A stretch of DNA of 64,000 bases, taken from NCBI GenBank assembly GCA_013361525.1, contig JABFXY010000067.1, positions 4,387 to 68,386 on the forward strand, given 5' to 3'. Made by a program: the position numbers and the translations under genes. Position 1 is the stretch's first letter. Each line of letters starts with the position of its first letter. Below, piece by piece: positions 52,012 to 59,989 of this stretch. The notes below the pieces were generated by a model. It saw only the letters and a list, made by a program, of their open reading frames with translations, ran no database searches and was not told where the DNA came from. This DNA comes from Polyangiaceae bacterium (GTDB lineage: Bacteria > Myxococcota_A > Polyangia > Polyangiales > Polyangiaceae).

Positions 52012-52923
52012 ATGGCTGCAGGAACCACGACTCGCGACAGCAACATCTACGTCAACGTCCTCATGGAGGCCGTTCGGGCGCAGTTTGCCACCAAGAAGGC
52101 ACTCTTCGGGACCGGGGTCGCCATCCTCAAGTCGGGCCTGCCTCGTCACAACGTGACGGGCTCGGCGTTCGGCGCGGGCGACAAGATCCAGATCCCGTAC
52201 TTCGGCTCCATCGGCGAGATGGAGGACATCACCGAGGGCAACGCGGGCACGATCCGCAAGCTCACTTCCACCAAGGAAGAGGCGGCCTACATCCACAGCG
52301 TTATCGCTGGCGAGGTCACGGAGTGGGCGCGTCTCGCGGCTCAGGCGGCCGACCCGAACGAGGCGCTCGCCGAGCAGTACGTCGAGGCAGCGATGCGGCG
52401 CATCGACCTCGGCCTCATCACGCGCGCCCTCGCGACCACGCTCGTGCAGGACAACACGGGCAACTCGATCACCTACAACGCCATCATCGACGCTTGCGCG
52501 AAGTGGGGCGACCAGATGGGCCCCGGCAACGGCGTCAAGGCGATGATCGTGCACTCGTTCGTGCGCGCGAAGCTGATGAAGCTCCGCGACGACTCGGGCG
52601 GCTCCGGCCTCGGTCGTCCGCTCTGGCAGTTCGGCACGCCCGGCAACGGCGGCAGCCAGCAGCCGACCCTCGACTCCTTCATGGGCATCCCGGTCATCTG
52701 CTCGGACCGGCTCACCCCGACCAGCAACGTCTACCCGACGCTGTTCTGCCAGAGCGACGCTCTCATCGCCTGGTACAGCGAGAGTCCGATCAAGACCGAC
52801 GAGGACATCCTCGCGGACTCCACGGTCTCGGCGCTGCACCTCTACCACGCCGAGCACCTCTACACGCGCACGCCGTCGAGCGCGAAAGAGGGCGTGGTCA
52901 AGCTGCTCACCACGGAGTCGTGA
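52012..52923 (+). CDS. major capsid protein
   Basis: 303 aa, first gene after the protease-scaffold. SD-like GAAGGGA upstream. Assigned by position and composition. Confidence 0.65.
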   Translation: MAAGTTTRDSNIYVNVLMEAVRAQFATKKALFGTGVAILKSGLPRHNVTGSAFGAGDKIQIPYFGSIGEMEDITEGNAGTIRKLTSTKEEAAYIHSVIAGEVTEWARLAAQAADPNEALAEQYVEAAMRRIDLGLITRALATTLVQDNTGNSITYNAIIDACAKWGDQMGPGNGVKAMIVHSFVRAKLMKLRDDSGGSGLGRPLWQFGTPGNGGSQQPTLDSFMGIPVICSDRLTPTSNVYPTLFCQSDALIAWYSESPIKTDEDILADSTVSALHLYHAEHLYTRTPSSAKEGVVKLLTTES

Positions 52924-53111
52924 TCGTGGGCATTGCGATCTTCCGTCTGCATCGCGCGCGGCTCGCTGGCGCTGCGGCTCCCGTCGTCGAGGTCGCGCCC
53001 CAAGTGGCGCAGCTCGAGGCCGACGAGCCGCAGACCAAGCTCGTCGAGTCGCCGCGCGATCAGCGGCCGCAGCAGCACGGCAACCAGCGCCACCAGCATC
53101 ACCGCCGGTGA
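52920..53111 (+). CDS. small ORF between the capsid gene and the next gene
   Basis: GTG 52920 (GTGA with the capsid stop); its stop overlaps the next GTG (GTGA). Codon third positions are strongly G/C. Tail reads QRPQQHGNQRHQHHRR. Confidence 0.35.
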   Translation: MIVGIAIFRLHRARLAGAAAPVVEVAPQVAQLEADEPQTKLVESPRDQRPQQHGNQRHQHHRR

Positions 53112-53383
53112 GCGAGGTATCGAACGCGCGCAGGTACTACCTGCTCAGGTACCAGTTCGCGCTCGACCTCTGCGAGGCCACCTCTCACGCGTGGCTGACC
53201 AAGCACGACGAAGAGCCGGGGACGACGCTCCCCGAAGACTTCCCTCTCCGCGCTGAGCTTGCGCTCGCGCACTACACGACGACCGAGGACCTCGAAGGGG
53301 CCGACGTCGCAGAGCTCCGCAAGCGCGCGGGGCTGACACGTTCGCAGGCCGAAGCCGTGCTCACGGCCGCAGCTGCTCTCTGA
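53108..53383 (+). CDS. hypothetical head-associated protein
   Basis: Track ORF with GTG start. Confidence 0.45.
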   Translation: MSEVSNARRYYLLRYQFALDLCEATSHAWLTKHDEEPGTTLPEDFPLRAELALAHYTTTEDLEGADVAELRKRAGLTRSQAEAVLTAAAAL

Positions 53384-53405
53384 ACTTCTCAGGAGACCTC
53401 CCGTC

Positions 53406-53879
53406 ATGAACACGACCTCGCCCCACGGGCACACCGTTCAATCTCTCGACGCCGGCTCGCTCGACATGGCGACCGTCGCGGAGCTTCCCGCGGGAAGCGT
53501 CGTCGACCTCGCGTTCCCGATCGCGTTCGGCACCGCTGACGGGGCCGTCCTCGGCACCGTTCCGACCGGCTGCGCGCTGCTCGTGCTGCGCGGCTTCTGG
53601 GAGGTGACCACTGCGTTCTCGGGCGGCTCGTCGAGCGCAATCGGTCTGGCGTCCAGCCAAGCGCCGCACACGACCGCCGGCGATCTCCTCGGCGGCGCCT
53701 CCGGCAACGTCGAGGCCGACCTCACCGCCGGCATCAAGGAAGGCACCGTCGGCGCTGACCAGGCCGCTGGCATCCTGCTCGTCGCCGGCGCGACCATCAC
53801 CTTCGAGCGCATCACGTCGGCGTTCACCGCTGGCGCGGGCTACGCCCACCTCGTCTGCGTCGTCATCAAGCCGTCCTGA
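53406..53879 (+). CDS. hypothetical structural protein
   Basis: Track ORF; Gly/Ala/Thr-rich beta-type composition. Confidence 0.5.
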   Translation: MNTTSPHGHTVQSLDAGSLDMATVAELPAGSVVDLAFPIAFGTADGAVLGTVPTGCALLVLRGFWEVTTAFSGGSSSAIGLASSQAPHTTAGDLLGGASGNVEADLTAGIKEGTVGADQAAGILLVAGATITFERITSAFTAGAGYAHLVCVVIKPS

Positions 53880-53882
53880 CCC

Positions 53883-54617
53883 GTGCCGAAGCTCACGGCG
53901 CGCTCCCTACTCGCCTCCGCGGAGCAGACCGCAGGAGGCACGGGGGCAGCCGTCGAGCTCCATCCGGACACGACGATCGACCTTCGGCTCGACGCTTCGG
54001 CGATCTCGGGCGGCACGCTCGCGGTCATCGTCGAGACAAGCGCCGACGGCACCAATGGCTGGGCCGAGGTCATCCCGAAAGGCGATGACGGTAACCCGGC
54101 CAAGTTCCTCTCGGTCACCACGCCGGGCTCGCAACTCGTCGTCTTCCCCAACTGCAACAAGTTCGTCCGCGTCAGGTGGACGCTGTCGGGTGGGACCGCG
54201 ACGTTCTCCGTGCTCGGCGACTCCGTTCGCGTCTACGCGAAGGCGAACGAGTGGCACATGCTCGGTCTGCACCTCGCCTTCATGGCGAAGTGCTCGGACC
54301 GCAAGTTCGACGCGGCGATCCGCGAGAAGACGGACATCACCGACTCCGCGGTCGGGATGCAGATGCCGACCCCGCTCGACGTGTGGGGCTGGGACATCCG
54401 AGGCGGCGTGCTCGCGTGCGCCGCTGCTGCGCTCATGTCCGTAGACGGCCGCAGGCAGGGCCAGGACGAGCTCGTCGTCGCTCGCTGCGCCGCCTACGAC
54501 GAGTGGCTCGACAAGGTCGCAGAGAGCAAGCGCAAGCCCGCCGGCGCGGTCGATCCGACCCCCGAGGTCGACGACGGCGGCGCGTACGCCGTGAGTGACG
54601 CGCGCCGAGGTTGGTGA
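53883..54617 (+). CDS. putative head completion / connector protein
   Basis: Track ORF with GTG start. Assigned only by its position between the capsid and the gp10-like gene. Confidence 0.4.
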   Translation: MPKLTARSLLASAEQTAGGTGAAVELHPDTTIDLRLDASAISGGTLAVIVETSADGTNGWAEVIPKGDDGNPAKFLSVTTPGSQLVVFPNCNKFVRVRWTLSGGTATFSVLGDSVRVYAKANEWHMLGLHLAFMAKCSDRKFDAAIREKTDITDSAVGMQMPTPLDVWGWDIRGGVLACAAAALMSVDGRRQGQDELVVARCAAYDEWLDKVAESKRKPAGAVDPTPEVDDGGAYAVSDARRGW

Positions 54618-55129
54618 TGTTCACCGTCACGATCGAGGGTTTCGACGAGCTGAACGCTCATTGGGAACGCGCGCAGCGCACCTTCGCGTCTGACCTGGTG
54701 AGCGGCACCACGCGGGCGCTCCGGGCCGGCCACGTTGCCGCTCGCGCCGCAGCGCCGGTCAAGACCAGCGAGCTGCAGAAGAGCATCGAGGGGCGCGTCA
54801 TCAGCGTCTCGGCGACGGCGATCGAGGGCGAGCTCGTCGCAACGGCGCCGCACGCCCAATATGTTTCCGAGGGCACCAAACCCCACGAGATCCGGCCGAA
54901 GCGCACCGGAATGGTGAGCAGCCGGCTCAACGCCAAGAAGAGCGCGAAGCAGGCCAAGTTCCTCGCGTTCGAGGTGGGCGGGCGATTGGTCTTCGCTAAG
55001 AAGGTCAACCACCCCGGCACCAAGCCCAACGGCTTCTTCGAGGTCGACGGACGGCGCGCGCTCGAGGGCACGTTCTACCGAGAGACCGACGCTGCCGTTG
55101 AGCGGCTCGTGAGCGAGATGAATGGCTGA
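54611..55129 (+). CDS. HK97 gp10-family tail completion protein
   Basis: VKTSELQKSIEGRV and KKVNHPGTKPNGFF match the gp10-family pattern (TG-L--SI, HPGT-A-PF). Confidence 0.6.
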   Translation: MVMFTVTIEGFDELNAHWERAQRTFASDLVSGTTRALRAGHVAARAAAPVKTSELQKSIEGRVISVSATAIEGELVATAPHAQYVSEGTKPHEIRPKRTGMVSSRLNAKKSAKQAKFLAFEVGGRLVFAKKVNHPGTKPNGFFEVDGRRALEGTFYRETDAAVERLVSEMNG

Positions 55130-56237
55130 CAGGTACGGTCTCCTCGAGATCCCGGTCCAGGCCGCGATCCCGTTCGGAGACCCGGTCCTCGCCATCATCG
55201 GCGACCACGCGAAGACCGTGCTCAACAGCGCTGCGGCCACGGCGTGGCCCGCGTTCGCGCAGCACGACGTCCAGGCCCCATCGCCGGACATCTACGTTCC
55301 GCCCGACACACAGGCGGTTCGAACCGTCTTCGCGGGCAAGAACCCGCGGCGCTACGAGTTCGAAGACATCGACCTCCCCGCGCTCTTCCTGCACCGGCAG
55401 CGAGGGCGAACGGCGCAGCAGGCGGACGACAAGCGCGTTCGCGTTGGCCGGATCCGGTTCGTGTGGATCGCCCCGCGCGACCACTACTACGCACCGAGCG
55501 ATCGCGAAGCGTTCATGGAGGCCGTGATGGCCGTCCTCGACGCCGCGATCGAGAACGTGGTCGATCCGTCCTGGGTCTACGCCGGCGACACCGACCTGAT
55601 CGCAACCGGCGCGGTCGCAGAGCCGGACTCGATCAAGACGGCGATCGCCACGTCGACGTCGGCTCAAAGCTACTCGGGCGCGGCGCTCAACGGCTCGACC
55701 GGCGGGACGACGATGAGCCCGCGCCGGCAAGCCACGGTGACGCTGGCCCCAGCGCCAGGCGCCTACTCCACCGAGCCGATCGTCTTCACGGTCGTCGATT
55801 GGTACGACGCGACGACGACCCGATCGGTCCAGCCGCCCGATGCCGACGGCGGCATCACGATCGGAATCGACGAGGACGTCAAAGCCGTCGTTCAGATCGA
55901 CGTGCCGCCGCAACTCTCGGCGGACGGCTCGTTTCAGTTCGGGACCGGCGAAGTCGAGGCACGCGGCTCCAATCTGCTCGAGCTGACCCGAGCCGAGCGA
56001 ATCGAGCTCGTGGAATGGCAGGCGACCCAGCTGCCAATCGAGATCCTCAACGATGACGGAGCGCTCAAAGAGACGCTCCAATACGACGCCGTCGAAGGAA
56101 TCATCGAGATCGAGGAGCGCTACGTGCCCGATCTTACCGCGCGCGCGTACCCGCACGCCGACGCGCCCGGCGGAATCGACATCGACGTCTATCGCGAGGA
56201 CCGCAACGTGTCGCGCGCCGAGCTTCGGAGCGACTGA
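55122..56237 (+). CDS. hypothetical structural protein
   Basis: Track ORF of 371 aa. Confidence 0.5.
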   Translation: MADRYGLLEIPVQAAIPFGDPVLAIIGDHAKTVLNSAAATAWPAFAQHDVQAPSPDIYVPPDTQAVRTVFAGKNPRRYEFEDIDLPALFLHRQRGRTAQQADDKRVRVGRIRFVWIAPRDHYYAPSDREAFMEAVMAVLDAAIENVVDPSWVYAGDTDLIATGAVAEPDSIKTAIATSTSAQSYSGAALNGSTGGTTMSPRRQATVTLAPAPGAYSTEPIVFTVVDWYDATTTRSVQPPDADGGITIGIDEDVKAVVQIDVPPQLSADGSFQFGTGEVEARGSNLLELTRAERIELVEWQATQLPIEILNDDGALKETLQYDAVEGIIEIEERYVPDLTARAYPHADAPGGIDIDVYREDRNVSRAELRSD

Positions 56238-56246
56238 GGACGACTC

Positions 56247-56882
56247 ATGAAAGTAATGGCCAATCCGTATCATGCGCTCGACGCGAGCGGCATGCTCGCA
56301 GGGGTCTGCCCGGCGTACGAGCAGATGCGCCCGACGACCGCGATGCCGATGCGCAAGCACGTCGGCGCAATGGTCGAAGTCGTCGACGGCACGCACCAGA
56401 AGTACGGCAGCAAAGACCGGCCGAAGGGCGGCATGCGCCTGTCTCGAGCGGCGCGGCGGGTCAAGTTCACCGGTCTCGCGCTCGAGGTCCCCGCGAACGA
56501 TCCGCAGGCCGCTGCCTTCTACCGCAAGGCGGTCCTCTCCGGCGCCGTCATCGTCGCCGACGACCCGACGCAAGCAAAGGCAGCGCTCGCGAAAGCGCGC
56601 GCGGACGCCATTGCGAACTTCGTCGCCGCGTACGGCAAGCAGCCCCCCGTCGAGAAGTGGGCGGCGCAGTTCCAGCTGGATTCGCAGCTGGCGGAGCCCA
56701 GCAAGACGGAGTCTCAGCCGGGCACCAACCAGCCGGGCACCAACCAGCCTGCGCCTCAGGGCGATGGCGCGGGCGGCGCCGCTGCGACCGAGCCGGCGAC
56801 CGAGCCGGCTGCAGACACGCCGTCCGAACCGCCCGCGGACAAGGGGTCCGCCAAGGCCGCTCCGCGCGGCGCGAAAGGCTGA
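56247..56882 (+). CDS. hypothetical structural protein with a Pro/Thr/Ala-rich tail
   Basis: Track ORF; contains the QPGTN tandem repeat. Confidence 0.5.
   Translation: MKVMANPYHALDASGMLAGVCPAYEQMRPTTAMPMRKHVGAMVEVVDGTHQKYGSKDRPKGGMRLSRAARRVKFTGLALEVPANDPQAAAFYRKAVLSGAVIVADDPTQAKAALAKARADAIANFVAAYGKQPPVEKWAAQFQLDSQLAEPSKTESQPGTNQPGTNQPAPQGDGAGGAAATEPATEPAADTPSEPPADKGSAKAAPRGAKG
56715..56749 (+). repeat. 15-bp tandem repeat CAGCCGGGCACCAAC x2.3
   Basis: Encodes QPGTNQPGTNQP. Confidence 0.8.
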
Positions 56883-56885
56883 GCA

Positions 56886-58406
56886 ATGGGACAGATCGTA
56901 ATCGTCGGCTTCCCGGACGGCGCGAAGATCCCGGGCGTCTACGGCGACACCAAGTTCGGCGCCTCGGGTATCCAACTCGGCGCCGCTCCGCTTCGCCTGC
57001 TGCTCGTCGGCCAGAAGACGGCGGCCGGCAGCATGGTCTCCGACCAGGACATCAAGCAATGCTTCTCGTCCGACGAGGCCGATGACCTCGTGGGCCCGGG
57101 CTCGCCGCTCGGGAACATGGTGGTCGCTGCGCTCGCGCAGAGCAATGGCGAGCCCAACGGGTTCGAGCTCTGGCTGTGCCCCATTGCGGACCCCACCGGC
57201 ACCCCGGCCTCTGCGGCCGCGACGCTCACCGTCGCCAACGTCGCCGGGCTCGGCGGCAGCATCTACATCTTCATCGGTCGATACCGCATCGAGGTGAACA
57301 TCGCCGCGAACACGAGCGCTGCGGACGCCGCAGCGGCAATCGAAGCGGCCGTCGAGGCCGAGCCCCGCGTTCCCGTCACCGTCGGCGTTGTCGGCGCAGT
57401 TGCCACCTTCACCTGGAAGGTCCCGGGCGTCGTCGGCAACGACGGCATCATCGCGCTCGACCTCTCGCTGGCGCCCACGACGCAGACCTACACGCTCGGC
57501 GGCGGCACCTCGATCGACGCAACGACTCGCCGGTTCGGCGGCGGTACCGGCACACCGGCGACGACCAACGGTCTCGCGATCACGCTGCCGGAGTTCTACC
57601 ACCGCGTGGTCTGGCAGATGAACGACTCGACCTCGCTCGCGGCGATCGAGGCGCAGTGCGACGCGAAGGCAGCGCCCGGAGTCGAGATGCCGGAGCACTA
57701 CGCGACGGCTGGCAACGGCTCACTCGCAGCAGCCGACTCGCTCGCGCAGACCACGCTCAACGCTCACCGCTTCCAGTTCTGCTGGCAGGAGAACGCAGTC
57801 GACCACCCGAGCGAGACCGCGGCGGCAATGGCGGCGGCTCGCGCGATGCGCGAGGGCTCGATGCCCAACCAGAACTACGACGGGCTGGTCCTCAAGGGCC
57901 TCCGTGGTCAAGTGCGCAAGGCCGATTGGCCGACCCGCGCCGAGCAGCAGAGCGCGCTCGACAACGGCATCACGCCGCTCACCAGCAACGCGGCCGGAGA
58001 GGTCGTCGTCATCCGCGCGGTCACCACGCGCAGCCAGGATGGCGCGCTTCCCGACTACCGCACGCTCGACGTCTCCGAGGCTGTCGTGCCGGATGCAGTT
58101 CGCCTCGACGCTGGCGCGCTCTGGCTCAGCGAGTACCGCGAGGCCAACAAGCACAACGCGCCCGATCCATCGGGTGGACGCGCGGCGCCTGCCGGTGTCG
58201 CGACGCCGACCGGTTGGGTGCAGCGCTACACGCAGCGTCTCCGAGAGCTCGAGGAAGCGCTCTGGATCACGCAGGTCACCGAGAACCCGATGCGCGCCGA
58301 ATGGAACACCGTCGGCAAGCGGATCATGAGCGCGATCCCGGTCGTGCCGCTGCCGATCAATCACCAGATCGGCGTCCAGGTTCTCCAGATGAGCCCGACC
58401 CTCTGA
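56886..58406 (+). CDS. contractile tail sheath protein
   Basis: 506 aa. N-terminal IPGVYGD motif. Directly followed by a 127-aa tube-sized gene. Confidence 0.75.
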   Translation: MGQIVIVGFPDGAKIPGVYGDTKFGASGIQLGAAPLRLLLVGQKTAAGSMVSDQDIKQCFSSDEADDLVGPGSPLGNMVVAALAQSNGEPNGFELWLCPIADPTGTPASAAATLTVANVAGLGGSIYIFIGRYRIEVNIAANTSAADAAAAIEAAVEAEPRVPVTVGVVGAVATFTWKVPGVVGNDGIIALDLSLAPTTQTYTLGGGTSIDATTRRFGGGTGTPATTNGLAITLPEFYHRVVWQMNDSTSLAAIEAQCDAKAAPGVEMPEHYATAGNGSLAAADSLAQTTLNAHRFQFCWQENAVDHPSETAAAMAAARAMREGSMPNQNYDGLVLKGLRGQVRKADWPTRAEQQSALDNGITPLTSNAAGEVVVIRAVTTRSQDGALPDYRTLDVSEAVVPDAVRLDAGALWLSEYREANKHNAPDPSGGRAAPAGVATPTGWVQRYTQRLRELEEALWITQVTENPMRAEWNTVGKRIMSAIPVVPLPINHQIGVQVLQMSPTL

Positions 58407-58419
58407 CCGGAGAACGACC

Positions 58420-58803
58420 ATGGCAGGCGCACAGAACATCCAACGGGCGCACGTCTACGTCAGCTCGATCAAGCTCGCCGAGCTGAGCGACGCGACGTTT
58501 TCGGGCTCCACCGGCGGCGAGCAGCACCACGGCGACGAGGGCGTTGTCGGCATCAGCGAAGGCAACCCGACGGGCGACGTTCGCTGCAATCACATCATCC
58601 CGACGCCGGGAACCGCGGCGAGCAACAAGCTGCTCGAGCTGCACTTCTCCCAGGCCTATTGCGCGCTGTCCCTCCAGATGGGTGGCAAAGCCATCACCGG
58701 GAAGTTCAAGCTTGTCGAATGCGAGATCACCTCGACGAGCGCGACCGGTGCGCTTACGGGCTCGTTCACGTTCCGCAGCGGCGACACGCCCAAGCTGATC
58801 TAA
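58420..58803 (+). CDS. tail tube protein
   Basis: 127 aa, between the sheath and the chaperone-position genes. Confidence 0.6.
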   Translation: MAGAQNIQRAHVYVSSIKLAELSDATFSGSTGGEQHHGDEGVVGISEGNPTGDVRCNHIIPTPGTAASNKLLELHFSQAYCALSLQMGGKAITGKFKLVECEITSTSATGALTGSFTFRSGDTPKLI

Positions 58804-58804
58804 C

Positions 58805-59368
58805 GTGGCGAAGTTCAACGCCGTCCTCAAGGGGACTCGCGCTCGCGAACCCGTCACGTTCACCACGCTCACCGGGCAGGAGATCGGATGCGATCTTCGC
58901 ATCCTTGTTGGCGAGGACTTCGATCACATCCTCGCTGATGCGGCGAAGCGCACGAAGGAGCTCGGCGGAGAGGCGGACGAAAACGATCCGCAGTATGGCT
59001 ACCAGATCGACGTCTTCACGGCAGCGAGAGCCTGCACCGACCCAGAGTCGCCGCTCGACAAGCCCGAACCGTTCTTCGCGAGTGCGGCCGAGCTTCGCGA
59101 GAACCTCGACCCGGATCGCATCCGCCTCATCGCGGCCCAGCACCGAGTCTTCCAGGACAGGGTAGCGCCCCGCCCCGCCGGCCTTTCGGCCGAAGACTTC
59201 ATGCGGGTGATCATCGAGCTCGACTCCACCGGGGAGGGTGAGGATCACCCTTTCGTGACATGGCGGCCGCGTGTGCAGTTGAGCTTTGTTCGTATTTTGG
59301 CCAAGCAGTGGTTGAGCTCACTGACGCCCAAGTCGCCACCTGGCACAAGCGAAGACGCGCCGCACTGA
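58805..59368 (+). CDS. tail assembly chaperone-position protein 1
   Basis: Track ORF with GTG start. Acidic. Lies between tube and tape measure. Confidence 0.45.
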   Translation: MAKFNAVLKGTRAREPVTFTTLTGQEIGCDLRILVGEDFDHILADAAKRTKELGGEADENDPQYGYQIDVFTAARACTDPESPLDKPEPFFASAAELRENLDPDRIRLIAAQHRVFQDRVAPRPAGLSAEDFMRVIIELDSTGEGEDHPFVTWRPRVQLSFVRILAKQWLSSLTPKSPPGTSEDAPH

Positions 59369-59404
59369 TTCGAGAAGAGCGCGAAAAGAAGCGCTAACAC
59401 TCCA

Positions 59405-59989
59405 ATGGCTAGCTCCGCGTTTCAACGCCTCGTTGGCCATTTCGAAGACAAATCGCAAGCCCCCGCGCGTCGCGCGCCGGCGCGAACCATGATGGTTCCG
59501 CCGAGCGTGTTTGCCGATACGTGGCAGGGTAAGCCCGACGAAGCGATCCGACTCGGGATCGTGTTCATTGCGGAAGAAGCGCAGACCCGCGCTGCTGCCA
59601 TGGCGCAGCAATCGGCGGAGGGCGAATTCCCGAACGGTCCGGAGCAATCCGCGATCGACGCGTTCAACACGCACCTCATGGCCAACACGCTTTGCCGCGT
59701 GCTGTGCGACGAGGACGACGTCTCGCGCCTCTTCTTCGAAGACGCGCCTGAGATGGCGATCCGCGTCGCGATGACCGACCGCGGCATCGCTCGGGTTTGG
59801 GAGAGCTACCAGCGCATCCTGACCGAGGAGAGCCCGCTATCGGACGAGGCAACCGACGCGGAGATCGCTCAACTCGGCCGGCTGCTCGCCGACGGCGCCG
59901 TCTCGCGTCTCACGCCGGAATGGCAGCGTCGAATGCGGCGCCTCTTCGGTGAGGTCGCCATCGAGCTCTCGGAAGCGCCGGTGATCTAA
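59405..59989 (+). CDS. tail assembly chaperone-position protein 2
   Basis: Track ORF, in the same reading frame as 58805..59368. Abuts the tape measure start. Confidence 0.45.
   Translation: MASSAFQRLVGHFEDKSQAPARRAPARTMMVPPSVFADTWQGKPDEAIRLGIVFIAEEAQTRAAAMAQQSAEGEFPNGPEQSAIDAFNTHLMANTLCRVLCDEDDVSRLFFEDAPEMAIRVAMTDRGIARVWESYQRILTEESPLSDEATDAEIAQLGRLLADGAVSRLTPEWQRRMRRLFGEVAIELSEAPVI

Noticed and set aside
55005-57698. 897-aa minus-strand ORF, the longest in the track
   Set aside because: It runs antisense across four structural genes including the sheath. It is Arg/Gly/Asp/Val-rich with no domain signature. Stop-poor antisense frames are expected at this GC content.
59366-59368. The in-frame TGA as a selenocysteine codon
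   Set aside because: Only a 5-bp stem follows, with nothing resembling a bacterial SECIS element, and there is no reason to expect Sec in a tail chaperone. It is kept only as a read-through hypothesis.
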